From contig CAWJTV010000026.1 of assembly GCA_963845755.1 (NCBI GenBank), positions 128,001 through 192,000 on the forward strand: a stretch of DNA of 64,000 nt, read 5' to 3'. Every line of letters begins with the position of its first letter. Position 1 is the stretch's first letter. The notes beneath the pieces were generated by a model. It was not told the origin of the DNA and ran no database searches. It saw nothing but the letters and a program-made list of their open reading frames with translations. Both the position numbers and the translations under genes were made by a program. Of the stretch, positions 19,814-30,919 are shown piece by piece. The stretch is from an uncultured Planctomycetota bacterium (GTDB taxonomy: Bacteria > Planctomycetota > Planctomycetia > Isosphaerales > Isosphaeraceae).

Positions 19814-20764
19814 CTTGCCTCAGCCCAGATTTGGAGCGTGTGGTTGGAATTGAGTCCAGTCATTCGGTGTGATGAAGCCAGAGGGTTAACGTCCAGAACC
19901 CACTGCCGGGGTCCTCGCGAGGCGTCGATCGTTGAGCGGTGCGGGCTGTGGCCGATTCCGTGAAGCCCACCTTCGTCGATTTCGCAAGCACAGGAGTTCA
20001 CCACGAGGACCGTGGCTTCCAAACGTGGCAAGGAAGCGTACGATGTCCCCTGGTTTTCCCGCTATTCCCCTATGTGATCTTCGGCCGCTGGTTCGCAACG
20101 TCGGACAGGAGGGGGAGAGCTCGCTCGCGTCCGATCAACCTCGGGCTCGACACAACCAATCTAGGCCACGTTTGTGATCGACTACAATCTTAGCTTGAGC
20201 CACTGCGGCATTGTCAAGGGATTTGGCGGAATGCAGCCGTTCCGCAACACGGCGGAATCTGGGCAGCCGGGATGGGTTCAAGCTAACCTCTTGTCCTGGT
20301 TCCTCTATCGAAGAATCTCGCCAGGACTTGAGGGGATCGTTTAACGGGCCGGGATCCGAGAGGGCCGCCGCTCGACACTCGCCCGGCCGGCAAAAACGAC
20401 CCATTCCACCCGAATTGTCCAGGCTTGGGCGCCGCAATCTCGGTGTACTGTCTCATAACATGTCAAATCGTGGGCACAGGTTTTGGGGTCGATTCCGAGG
20501 TTGGGGACACCATCCTACGCCCCTTTCGTGGATGCATCCCCGTTTCGCGCACCTTGACACTCTGGCATTGCCTTTTTCCCGGCTTTGGCCAACAATGCCG
20601 CCTCCTTCCAGGCGAGGCATCCAGCGCGAGGGAACGCGGCTGCGAGCGGTGGTCCGTGGTGAGTCGTCGGTCGTTGCCGGGAGAACGATGACCCGGCCGG
20701 GACCTGGTCTTCCAAGACCACTGACCATGGACCCCTGCAAACCAAGGCAAGGAGGCCTTAGCTG

Positions 20765-22390
20765 ATGGCGCGCTGGTTCGTTGACCGTCTGCCCCAGCAG
20801 GGGATCCCTTCGGTGAGCTTGCGGAAATTGCTCCCGGAGGCCCGGTTCGTCGGCTGCGCGGACTGGGAAGTCTCCGGCTGCAGCGACGATCATCGCCGGC
20901 TCGACCCGGGCCAGGTGTTCGTCGCGGTCCGCGGGGCGCGGCCGGGTTACGACGGGCATGGCTTCGTGCTCGAGGCACTCGACCGGGGCGCGGCCGGCGT
21001 GGTGGTCGAGCACCCCTGCGCCGGCGCCGGCCGGCTCCAGGTTGTCGTGCCGGACGCCATGGCGGCGCACGCGCGGATCTGCCAGGCCCTGGCCGGCGAC
21101 CCGTCGCAGCAGTTGGTCACCGTCGGGGTGACCGGGAGCTTCGGCCGGACGATCACCGCCCTGATGATCCGTTCGATCTTCGAAGCCGCCGGGCAGCGGA
21201 CCGGCCTGCTCGGTGCGCTGGGCTTCACCAACGGGACGACCGCCCGAGCCCTCGGAGTTGGCCTGGATCCCCGGATCTCGACCGGAAGACCGAGCCTGGG
21301 CGGGGGCCGCTCGGCCGCCTGCGGTTCGTCCCGAGCGTTCATCCCCGGCGCGGCCGGCCTGGCGGCTTTGATGTCCGAGATGGTCGAGGGGGGATGCAAG
21401 GCGGGCGTCCTGGAGGTCTCCGCCGAGTCGATGAGCCACCGGAGCTTCGAGGGGATCGGCTTCCACGCGGCGGTCGTGACCGACGTGGGTGCGCCACGCG
21501 GATATCCCGCGGACGTGGTGCTCCAGCGGCGCCGGGCCAAGGCCAGGCTGATCCGGAGCGTCGTTCCCGAGGGCGTGGTGGTGATCAACGCCGACGACCC
21601 GAATGCCGAGATCCTCGGCGGTGTGAACCTCGATGCGCGCCGGGTCGCCTTCGCGATGGAGCCCATGGCCCGGCCGGACCGCGACGTGGACGTCTCGGCT
21701 CGACTGATCCAGGTTGACGGGTCGGGGACGCGGATGGTCCTCCAGGGCTTCGACCGCGAGGCCCTATTGCAGTTGCCCCTGGTCGGCCCGAGGGCGGCGG
21801 CCTGTGCCCTGGCCGCGGCGGCCCTGGCCCGGGCACTGGAGATCGACCGGGCCGCGGTCATCGACGGGCTGGAGGCCGTCCGGTCGGTGGCCGGGCACCT
21901 CGAGGCGGTCGTCGAGGGCCAGGACTTCGACGTCCGCGTCGACGCATCGGCCAGCTCGGCGGCACTCGAGGAAGCCTTGGCCGCCGTCCGGGCCGTGGGG
22001 GCCGGACAGGTCCATTGCGTCCTCAGCGCCGAGGGATGCAGCGACCGCACCGAACGGCGGCGGCTGGCCGAGGCCGCCGAGGCCGGGGCCGATCGTGTCG
22101 TCCTCACCATCAGTAATCCTCGCACCGAAGACCCCAACCAGATCCTCGACGACGTCCTGGCCGGTTTCCGACGCCCGGGCAAAGTCCGCGTCGAGCCCGA
22201 CCGTCGCCGTGCCATCGAGGCCGCCCTGGCCGATGCTCGCACCGGTGATGCCGTCCTGATCGCCGGCAAGGGCCGCCACACCTTCCAGATCCTCGCCGAT
22301 CGCGTCATCCCCTTTGACGACGCCCTGATTGCCCGAGAATGGCTCCGCCACCACACCCGCCCCGCCGCTCCCGCCCAGCGATCGGCGTGA
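20765..22390 (+). CDS. Mur ligase family protein (MurE-like, degenerate active-site motifs)
   Basis: DGH.F, VGVTG, LEVS, INADDP, NPRTEDP, DRRRAI, LIAGKG motifs in MurE order; GGAGG RBS. Confidence 0.85.
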   Translation: MARWFVDRLPQQGIPSVSLRKLLPEARFVGCADWEVSGCSDDHRRLDPGQVFVAVRGARPGYDGHGFVLEALDRGAAGVVVEHPCAGAGRLQVVVPDAMAAHARICQALAGDPSQQLVTVGVTGSFGRTITALMIRSIFEAAGQRTGLLGALGFTNGTTARALGVGLDPRISTGRPSLGGGRSAACGSSRAFIPGAAGLAALMSEMVEGGCKAGVLEVSAESMSHRSFEGIGFHAAVVTDVGAPRGYPADVVLQRRRAKARLIRSVVPEGVVVINADDPNAEILGGVNLDARRVAFAMEPMARPDRDVDVSARLIQVDGSGTRMVLQGFDREALLQLPLVGPRAAACALAAAALARALEIDRAAVIDGLEAVRSVAGHLEAVVEGQDFDVRVDASASSAALEEALAAVRAVGAGQVHCVLSAEGCSDRTERRRLAEAAEAGADRVVLTISNPRTEDPNQILDDVLAGFRRPGKVRVEPDRRRAIEAALADARTGDAVLIAGKGRHTFQILADRVIPFDDALIAREWLRHHTRPAAPAQRSA

Positions 22391-22806
22391 GTCCCGATCG
22401 GGCCGGCGGACGGGCATCTCCGTGCAAACCTCGCTCCCTGAGCTATCCTTGTAATGTCAGCGTCTCGCCCTGCCGGCCGCCAGTCCGACCAAACGCTAGC
22501 CGCTTTTTCAGGAAACCTGATCTTGCAAGCCATTCTCTTGCTAGAGGATAGGGCGACCGTTCCGTGAGTGAGTGGGGACGGTGCCAATCCCGATGTCGCG
22601 GACCCGTGCTGACGGTATCCGAATGATGCTCTGTTGCATCGTGGCCTGAATCTCGCGAACAAATTGGCGGGCTCGTGCGTCTGAAGGAAATCGTAGATCG
22701 TGTCGGTGGTGTCGCTTTCCTTCAGAAACGCGAGTCAAGGATTGGGAATGTGGGACGAATCACCAGTAACAACGCGAACCGACATCGACAGCGAAATTGA
22801 ACCGGA

Positions 22807-23124
22807 ATGAGCGAGGAGCGCACGATGATTTCCACACGCGCGAAGCCGATACGGCGGATGTCCCGCCCGCACTTTGAAGTCGAGGCCCGCCACGATCCGG
22901 CCGGCCTCAGCGCCACACTCCGCGATCTGGCCGCGAGCGCCCATCGTGCCGTCCGTGCGGCGCAGGCGGAGAGTCCTTCGGACCATTCGCAGCAGGAGTT
23001 GGTCGAGCTGCATGCGCGGATCGTCCAGCTTCAACGGAACCTACAGGCTCAGTCCCTCGACGGCTTGGTCCCGTACGTCTCAGCCCTTCGCCAGGAGGTC
23101 GCGTCCTTGGTCCTTCGTCCTTAA
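22807..23124 (+). CDS. Hypothetical protein
   Basis: Helical 105-aa ORF; GAGGAG precedes an alternative ATG. Confidence 0.55.
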   Translation: MSEERTMISTRAKPIRRMSRPHFEVEARHDPAGLSATLRDLAASAHRAVRAAQAESPSDHSQQELVELHARIVQLQRNLQAQSLDGLVPYVSALRQEVASLVLRP

Positions 23125-23151
23125 TTCGTGCTCGGTCCTGGGTTCCAAAGA

Positions 23152-23673
23152 CTATTCCGATCCGAGCAAGTGCTGGCTCGATTGGAGGATCCGGTGCTGG
23201 CGGGTCTTGGAGGCCTTGGCGGTGGCAGCCGCCTGGGATTGGACCTTCAGGTCGGCGAGGTTAGCCTGGCAAAAGGGGCATTCCACGACGTCAAGGTGGA
23301 ATTGTAGGTAGGCGGCCAGCGCGGGATCGAGGGCCTCGAGCAGGTAGCTTCCGAGTTGCTGGCGGCTGGGGCAGGTCAAGCGGGCGCGATGCCAGATGGC
23401 GCCCAGGGTGTGGATCTGGCCGTCGGCGCGGTTCTGCCGAACGTCCTCCAGTTGGGCACGGAGCTCGGCCGAGTCGCGGAGGGCTTTCTCCACCCGCGCC
23501 GAGTCCTCGGGACTGAGGGCGTCGGCCAGGTAGTTGCGGAGCAGGGAATCGTCGATCGGAGCGGGCGGAGCGGCCGGCTCACGCGGGTGGTGGTCGCGGT
23601 CGCCATGGCCGCGCAGGACTGGCCCGACGACCGGGTCGGGCGCAGGCTTCTTGCTGCTGACGTCACCCCTCAT
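23152..23673 (-). CDS. Putative soluble zinc-binding anti-sigma factor
   Basis: Directly downstream of the ECF gene, GGAGG RBS; two anti-sigma-like repeats, the second with TCPS...HLDVVECPFC. Confidence 0.75.
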   Translation of the reverse strand: MRGDVSSKKPAPDPVVGPVLRGHGDRDHHPREPAAPPAPIDDSLLRNYLADALSPEDSARVEKALRDSAELRAQLEDVRQNRADGQIHTLGAIWHRARLTCPSRQQLGSYLLEALDPALAAYLQFHLDVVECPFCQANLADLKVQSQAAATAKASKTRQHRILQSSQHLLGSE

Positions 23674-23675
23674 GG

Positions 23676-24305
23676 TCAACCTCCACCGAACTCGTCGAGG
23701 GAGAGCCCGGCGCGGCGGGCCATCTCTTTGAGCCGGGCGATCGTCTGGAATTTGTAGCTGGCCACGGCCTGCTCGGTGATTTCGAGGTATTTGGCGACGT
23801 CCTTGTTCGCCCAACCCTTGACGACGAGCAGCTCCATGCAGCGGAGCCGGTCGTAGTCGCCGCGGGCGAGCCACTCGCGGACGAGCTGGCCCATGGCCTC
23901 GGTCAGCAACCGCTCCTCGGCCTTGCGACGCTCGCCGCTCCGCGCGATGCTGGACGCCGCGCGACCATCGCCGGGCACCTCCTCGAGCGGACGGCCGTGG
24001 TCGTCCGAACCGAACTGATCGATCGGCCGCCGGCCTTGCTTGCGCAGGTGGTCGGTCAACTTGTGCGCGGCGATCGAGAACAGGTAGGCTTCCATGTCCC
24101 GCTTCTCATCGTAATGCGGCAGGCTGGTCAGGAAGCCGATGAATGTCTCCTGGACGACGTCCTCGCTGGCCGCACGGTCGCGGAGCCGGCTGTCCACGAA
24201 GGCTAGCAGCCGCCCTTCGAATCGCTCGATGAGCTGACGCCACGCCTCGGCGTCGCCCGCGCGCACTTGCCGGACCAGAAGGGCATCAGTCTCTGTGGCT
24301 GACAT
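23676..24305 (-). CDS. ECF RNA polymerase sigma factor
   Basis: GDAEAWRQL, SEDVVQETF, YLFSIAAHKLTDHLRK; C-terminal HTH. Confidence 0.93.
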   Translation of the reverse strand: MSATETDALLVRQVRAGDAEAWRQLIERFEGRLLAFVDSRLRDRAASEDVVQETFIGFLTSLPHYDEKRDMEAYLFSIAAHKLTDHLRKQGRRPIDQFGSDDHGRPLEEVPGDGRAASSIARSGERRKAEERLLTEAMGQLVREWLARGDYDRLRCMELLVVKGWANKDVAKYLEITEQAVASYKFQTIARLKEMARRAGLSLDEFGGG

Positions 24306-24422
24306 CGGTTCGATCTGCCCCGGGAACGGAAAAGGTCACGGATGGGATCGTCGCATCGGTCTTCCGCGATCATCGGTCAATTGTAAACCCTTCCCGGGAC
24401 GTTTGCCTATCCTTCTCAAAAC

Positions 24423-24905
24423 TCAGACCGGCTGCGTTGCCGTCCCTTCCTCCGTTGCGGCATGAAGGCTGAGTTCGAGTGCGGGCTCGGGCTCAGGCCA
24501 ATGGGCCAGGCGATACGACCGGAAAAACCAGATGCTCAGCGGAGCAAAGGCCACCAACAATATCGCCCAGATCAGCTTATCGTTCCGGCCAGGGAAGTCA
24601 TCGTCCCGCAGGCCCATCAGGAGGACGAACTCGTTACGCCAGTTCCGGACGAACCAGGCTAAAACAAGCAGTGAGATGAGAGTGAAGATCATGATCCTCT
24701 CATAACGCCACTCGAACACCATCAACACAAAGGCCGCCAGAGCCACTCCAGTCATCATCTGCCAGAGATTGAACTGGAACGGCCACAAGCGCTGGCCGAT
24801 GCGCCGGAGCCCCTCAAGGGAGACGACCGGACCCAGGCCGAAGATCACGGCCAAGGTCCCCACCACCAGAGCCGGCAGGACCAGAAAGAGTGCGAGTGTT
24901 TCCAT
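24423..24905 (-). CDS. Hypothetical membrane protein
   Basis: About four hydrophobic segments; FPGRNDKLIW resembles a PLDc_N-like motif. Confidence 0.65.
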   Translation of the reverse strand: METLALFLVLPALVVGTLAVIFGLGPVVSLEGLRRIGQRLWPFQFNLWQMMTGVALAAFVLMVFEWRYERIMIFTLISLLVLAWFVRNWRNEFVLLMGLRDDDFPGRNDKLIWAILLVAFAPLSIWFFRSYRLAHWPEPEPALELSLHAATEEGTATQPV

Positions 24906-24932
24906 GGATCGTCACCCTCGGCGATTGGCGGT

Positions 24933-25916
24933 TCACGCCACCATGTTGTAGAGGATCACCCCCGCGGCGCCGACGCCCGCGGCGGCCAGCATCCGGAGCC
25001 GGTTGGTGTAATAGCCCTTGGTCGCCTCGTCGGCCCGGATGTAACCGGAGATCACCCCCAGGCAGATCAGGACGAACGCGAGGGTGCCGCCCAGCGAGAC
25101 CAGCCGGTGCTGGACCAGCTCGCGGGTGTAGACTTCCACCAGTGCCTCGCGGCGCCGTGGGGAGAAGTCCGCTTTCAACTCGGCCACATACCACGGGCCG
25201 TAGTCCTTCTCCTTCAGAGTGAGTCTGTCATCGGGGCGGACCTGCGTCTCCAGGATCATGGCCTGGACCATGGGAGCCGGGGGTGTCCAGGAATCGGGGA
25301 CCTCGGGACCGAGCCACTCGACGACCTTCCGTTGCAATGCGCGGCCGGCATCGGCCTTGGCGCGCTTCTCGCTCGCGCTGACCTGCCCCTCGACCACCAC
25401 GGTAGTCGGGGTCGGGCCTGCGGCGGTGACCTGCGGGGTATGCGATGTCAACCGCGCCGGGACGGGCGGTCGCGCCTTGGCGCTCGTCACCCGTGTACCG
25501 GGAACGATCGGGACCGGGATCCCCTCGGCGTCCTCGCGAGCGAGGGCGGGCGGAGCCGGCGGTGGGGGCGGCAGGGGCGGCTGTGGGCGGCCATCGGCGA
25601 GCGCTTCGTGGTACACCTGCCGGACCTCGTCGGTCACCTCGGTCAACGCGTGGCGGATTTCCTGACGCGCCTCCCGAACCGCCTGGCGGACCTCGTGGCG
25701 CGCCTCATCCACGGCGCGCCCGGCCTCGGCCAGCACCTGTTGCGTCTGGCGGCGCGCCTCCGCGACCTGGCCCGCGGCCGGGCCGTCATGGGGAGGTCTC
25801 GGCCCATGCCATCGCATCGGGGGCGGAGGCTGAACCGCGTGTCTCGGATGGTGGTTTGACCTGACGACCCAGGCCACCAGCAGCACCAGGAAGAGCGCGA
25901 CGAAGAATCGTTTCAT
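24933..25916 (-). CDS. Hypothetical membrane protein with coiled coil and Pro-rich linker
   Basis: N-terminal signal anchor; C-terminal TM pair around YIRADEATKGYYTNRL. Confidence 0.75.
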   Translation of the reverse strand: MKRFFVALFLVLLVAWVVRSNHHPRHAVQPPPPMRWHGPRPPHDGPAAGQVAEARRQTQQVLAEAGRAVDEARHEVRQAVREARQEIRHALTEVTDEVRQVYHEALADGRPQPPLPPPPPAPPALAREDAEGIPVPIVPGTRVTSAKARPPVPARLTSHTPQVTAAGPTPTTVVVEGQVSASEKRAKADAGRALQRKVVEWLGPEVPDSWTPPAPMVQAMILETQVRPDDRLTLKEKDYGPWYVAELKADFSPRRREALVEVYTRELVQHRLVSLGGTLAFVLICLGVISGYIRADEATKGYYTNRLRMLAAAGVGAAGVILYNMVA

Positions 25917-26046
25917 CTTCGGAGTCCAATCCCGTAGTGGTGGGCGACTTGTGGTGAGGGGGGTCCCGACGAAAGTCACAAACTCTCGCGGATTGACGCG
26001 TCTTGGTCTTTGCTGCCCACTCGCCACCTGCCACTCACGACACAAT

Positions 26047-28027
26047 TCAAGCCAAGCGTTTCTGCTTCCCCGACGCCTTGACGTACCGAGCATACAGCGA
26101 GGCCGCCTCGTTCCAGGGGCTGACGACCTGGACGGCGGCGGCCATCATGGCCGCGACGGCGATGCCATCGGGCCGGTCGAATGGCCAGAGCCCCATGAGG
26201 GCGGTCGCCAGTAGCCCGGTCCACAAGATCGGCATGATGCGGAACCGCGAGGTGCGATCCCGGGCCGTGAGGGACGAGGAGCCGGCCATGAGCCCATATA
26301 CGATCGCGAAGAAGGTCCACAAGTAGCCGACGGCGCTGCTGCCATCGAGCTGGCCCAGGGCGGCTTTCTGGGAGTACATATTGATGCGGTTCGAATCCGT
26401 GGAAATGCAATCCCATCGCCATGGCGATCGTGGCGGCGGCGGTGAGGAACCCCACACCCAGGCCGAAGACTCGGCGCTGGGCTCTTGGCAGCGCGCGAGC
26501 CTCGAAGACCTTGTTGTAGATCAAGGAGGTCCAGGTCCCCAGCAGCGCCGTGCCATAGAGGAACGCCAATTCCTGGGGCTGCCGCGACGGATCGATGCCC
26601 AGCACGGCGGTGGCCGGAATGGCCAGCAAGGCCAGGACCGGGGCGGCCCAGAGCATGGAGCTGGCCAGCTCGGCGAATCGGACCCGCTTGCTGGGCAACG
26701 GCGGCGGCTCCGGCGGCGGCACGGGTGCCTTGGGAGGCGCCTTCGCGACCGCCCGTCGCACGGGCGCCGCACCCCTCCCGGCCGCGGCCTGGGCCGCTGC
26801 GGGATAGATCGGCACGCCCGGGGCCCGGCCCGGCCGCGCGACCGGAGCCTGGTAGACGGCCTGCTGGACGTTGGCACCCCCGGGACGAGGCGAGCCGTTG
26901 CGGGCCGGAGTCGGCTTCCGTAAGGCCCGCAACCGCTGGGCCAGGTTCAGGCCGCGGGCTCGGGGCGGACGCGTCTCGGGGCCGATGTAGAACACCGGCT
27001 CCTCGGCCTCGATCCGCAGGATCTCCTCCTCCGGCTGGCTCCCCGGACGTCCCCCACCGCCCTTCTTGCCCTCGCCGATGATCCGGACCTCGGGCTCGCG
27101 CGGCGCGTCCTCCGGCGGCAGCAGGTCGACGACCCGGCTCGACCGCTGGTTCGGGTCCTTGGCCAGCGCCTTGGACACGATCGACCGGTAGGGCTCGGCC
27201 AGCATGGAGATGTCCGGCCGCGAGGTCAGGTGCTTCATCAGCACCTCGTTGACCGTCTCCCCCTCGAATGGGACCCGGCCCGTGAGCATCTCGTACAGGA
27301 TCACGCCCATGGCGTAGATGTCGATCGGCTTGTTGTACTTGCCCGAGCCGATCTCGGGTGCCATGTAGTGGCAGGTCCCGATGCTCTCGGAGTGCTCGGT
27401 CCCCTGGCTGGGCGTGATTAGCTTGGCCAGTCCGTAGTCGCCGATCTTGACGATCCCCTCTTCCATGAACAGATTCGCCGGCTTCAGGTCGCGATGCACG
27501 ATCCCGTGGTCGTGGAGGTAAGCGACCCCCTCGACCAGCCCCCGCAACCATCGGCGGACTTCCGGCAACGGCATCCCGCCCGGATATTGCTTCAGGACGC
27601 TGGCCAGGCTGGGGCCGGCCACGTACTCCATCACGACGAACGTGTCGCCGGCATCGCTGGCCTTCATGTCGAAGATCGTCAGCAAGTTCGGGCACTTCAG
27701 GTTCATGCACTGCTGCACGCCCCGCCGTTCGACCTCGAGGTTGCGGAGGATCAGCTTCAGCGCGACTTCCTTGCCGGAATCCGAGGTGGCGTAATAAACC
27801 TCGCCGAAGCCCCCGCGCCCGATGGCCCGCTTGATGGTGTAGCCATCCAGGGGCCGCGAGCCCGAGCCGAAGGTGTAGCGTCCGTTTGATTGCGAGGGAT
27901 TGGCTTGACGCATGTCTGGAAATCCCGGCCCTGAGGGCCCCGATCCCGATTGGTCTTTGGGCTCGTAAATGACCGTCTCGTCCATGGGCGATTCGACGTC
28001 AGGCGTGTCTTCGGCCATTGCGTTCAT
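26047..28027 (-). CDS. Membrane Ser/Thr protein kinase, frameshift near 26400
   Basis: GRGGFGEVY, VALK, HRDLKPAN, DYG, GTCHYMAPE; multi-TM C-terminus continues in ORF 26047..26457. Confidence 0.93.
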
Positions 28028-28047
28028 CGCTCGGGCAGCTCCGCCAT

Positions 28048-28105
28048 GTAGGTCAGGCTTTCCAGCCTGACGTTCGATCCCGTCAGGCTGGAAAGCCTGA
28101 CCTAC
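28048..28105. repeat. GTAG-family REP doublet (perfect 25-bp inverted repeat)
   Basis: GTAGGTCAGGCTTTCCAGCCTGACG, 8-nt spacer, CGTCAGGCTGGAAAGCCTGACCTAC; a degenerate single copy lies near 15030. Confidence 0.9.
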
Positions 28106-28107
28106 GG

Positions 28108-29836
28108 TTATACAGTCTGGCTTCCCAGAGGCTCCAGGCTGAACGAAAAACCGTCACCGAGGACGCTGGAATGCAAGGTCAGAGGTGCACGGGCCGCACA
28201 AGTTCGGCCGTCAACATCAAAGGCGCCGGCCGCGCGGCACCAGAGCGCACCGGCCTGGCGATAGAGAACGACCGGCTCCTTGAGGGCCGGGGCCGGGATG
28301 TGCGCCTGGGCCGCCTCACCCACGATGCAGGTCTCGGCCATGAGGAGCACGCCATCGACGGCCAGGGGCAGACGATGCCGGCTGACGATCGCCAGCCGCG
28401 CCGTGGCACTGACCGGGCTGGGCTGGCGGAATTCCAGCTCGACCGTCGAGCCCAGGCGGATGACGTCGCCGTCGCGGAGGACGACCTGGTCGACCACGGG
28501 CTTGCCGTTGACGAACGAGGCCTGATGGGCCTGGAGCAGATAGCTCTCGCCATTGCGGAGGAGCGTGGCGTGGCTGCGCGACAGGTCGCCCATCAAGGGG
28601 ATATCGGCATGGCTGTCGGCGCCGGCCCGGCCGAGGACGATGCGATCGTCCATGCAGACGAGGTAGCCGCCGACGCCGTCGACCCAGAGCAGGAATCGGC
28701 CCTTGGGTCCGGCAGCCTCGACCCGCGCCACGGGCCGAGCGGGGGGGATCGGGACGCGGGGCACGGCGACCGGCCGGACCGGCCGTTCCGGCAAGGGACG
28801 GCGAGCGGCCGCCCGTGCGGGAGGGGGAGCGTCGCTGCCGAGCCAGACGATGCCCTCGGCCTCCCCGACCGCGCCGGCTTGGGCCGCCCGGGGTTCGGAG
28901 CCCGAGTCGGGACCTTGGAGGTCCAGCAAGAAACGCTGGACCCTGCGGATATTCCAGCCGGTCCGTTCGGCGATCTCCGCCGTGGAATACCCCTGTTGGC
29001 GGAGCTGGATGATCGTGCGTTCCGACTCGTCGGCCCGATCCACGATCCCCTCGTTGAGCGGTGCGGCGGCCTGGGCCACACGGGCGCCCGGGCCGGCCAT
29101 TGACCGGCAGCGGCCGGCCCGATCGCGGCGATCTGCTGCCAGGCGCGAGACCGCGCCTGACGGGCCGCCGGATGCTCGGGGACGATCGCCAGTAGCAACT
29201 CAGCCGCCGACAGGATCGCCGGCCACTTCCCGTCCGAGAGCGCGGTGTACAGCGCCTCGACCTTCGGCGCGGCCGACTTCTGGCGGTTTTCCAGCTCCGT
29301 CTTGGCCCCGGCCACCGCCTGCTGGGCACCGACGGCGCCGGCCCCGCTGGCCATCCGCTCCGCCCGGTCGAGCTGTTCCTGCGCCCGCCCGAACTCGCCG
29401 CGACGGCCTTCGGCCAGCGCGTTCTGCCAGGCCTCGGCGATCTCCCGCGCCCGGCGCAAGGCCGGTCCGCTGATCTTGTGCCGCGCCAGGTCCTCGATCC
29501 GCTCCAGCGCCTTGGCCGGCTCGCCGGCATCGAGGTCGGCCCGGACCTCCTCGGCCACGCGGTCGGCCAGGTTCAGCCGCGCCGCGGCCAGGGAATCGGG
29601 GGCTGCCCCCATCCGCTCGGCCAGGTCCAGGTCCTCGACGGCCCCGCCCAGGTCGTCGACCGCGCCGCGGCGGGTAGCCCCGCGATCAAGTCCAGGGCCA
29701 GACGGTTGCGGAACTGAACGGCATGATGATGATCCGCGACGTCGGGACGGCTGGCCAGGGCATACGCCTCCTCGAACCGCCCCACCCGCGCGGCTTCCTC
29801 GGCTTGCCGCAATACGATGCGCCAATGACCCAACAT
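28108..29836 (-). CDS. FHA-domain protein with TPR-like N-terminus and internal HTH; frameshifts near 29680 and 29095
   Basis: LGR...DLSRSHA...VNG...LRDGDVIRLG FHA motifs; three consecutive frames join into one helical-plus-FHA protein. Confidence 0.85.
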
Positions 29837-30107
29837 GGTTGATTCGCCGCCCGGATTGACCATGGGGATTTCAATCTCGATTCAATCGTTCCGATGGTTT
29901 TGAGCTGCTCCCGGCGTGGTGGCCGGGAAAAACCGCCTATCGACATCTCCGGGAAAACCGACGGCTGATTCGATCGCCGTCCCCCCCTCCTCCCCCCTCC
30001 GGTTCGGAGATTTGGGGAGGGTTCGGAGAGGCGGAACGGAGCGATCGAAACGATGGGTGCTCGATGATCGAGCACCCTTGTGCCGAGGGGAACGGGCCCG
30101 GATCCCA

Positions 30108-30919
30108 TCACAGGCTCTTGTCGCCCGCCTTGGGCGCGGAGGACGGGCCGAACGCCTCGTCGATCTCCTTCACCACGTCGCGGGACGGATCCACGAAGGG
30201 GGCGGTCCCGTCCAGGTCGCCGTATCGGGCTTCGATCTCGGCCCGCTTGGTCATGACGTCCAGCCGCTGTTCCAGCTCGGAGACCGTCTGCTTGGCACGG
30301 GACAGGGCGCTGCTGTCGAAGTGGAATTCGTTCTTGGCGTTGGTGGCCTCGATCATCTGGAGCCGGGCCTCGACCTGGGCCAGCCGGGCCAGCAGGAGGG
30401 ACTTCGCTTCCTTGATGCTGTCGAGCTGGTTCCGGGCCGCTTCGATGGTCTTGTGCTTCGCCTTCAGCACTTCCTGCTTCTCCTTGAGGATCCCCGTGCT
30501 GTAATCGTAGTGATCCTTGCGGTTGGCGAGCTGGCAGGTGATCTCGTCCGGCGTGTAGAGGCTGTGTCCGGTCAGCCGCACGTCGCCGCTCTTGACCTTG
30601 TCCCGCAGCGACAGGATCGCAACCTTCTCCTTCTCCAGGTTCGCCGAGAGGACGCCGATCTCCTTCTCCAGGTTCGTGGCCTCGACGATGGCCCGCGCCA
30701 GAGTCTCCTTGTTCTCGTCGAACGCCGGCTGCAAGCTGGCGATCTCGGTCCGCGCCCGCTCGATCTCGAACCGCGGATCGATCGAATCCTTGGCCGTCTG
30801 CCGCACCTTGCAGAAGGCCGTCTTGATGTAACTCGGAGCGGATGTGCCGAACACCAGGAACAACGTCCCCGCGCCGACGCCGCGCCCAGCAACCCCTTCT
30901 TCACCATTGAGCACACCAT
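30108..30919 (-). CDS. PspA/IM30-like coiled-coil protein with signal anchor, frameshift near 30880
   Basis: AGGAG RBS, MVCSMVKKGLLG, long heptad coiled coil ending in RDVVKEIDEAFG. Confidence 0.65.

Noticed and set aside
19814..20764. ncRNA or small gene in the long divergent intergenic region
   Set aside because: No recognisable RNA motif or convincing ORF; the TTGACA hexamers lack a well-spaced -10. An Infernal/Rfam scan would be needed to exclude it.
22570..22615. Cobalamin riboswitch (GGGGACGGTGCCAATCC)
   Set aside because: Partial resemblance only; no B12 box recognised and no cobalamin-related gene downstream.
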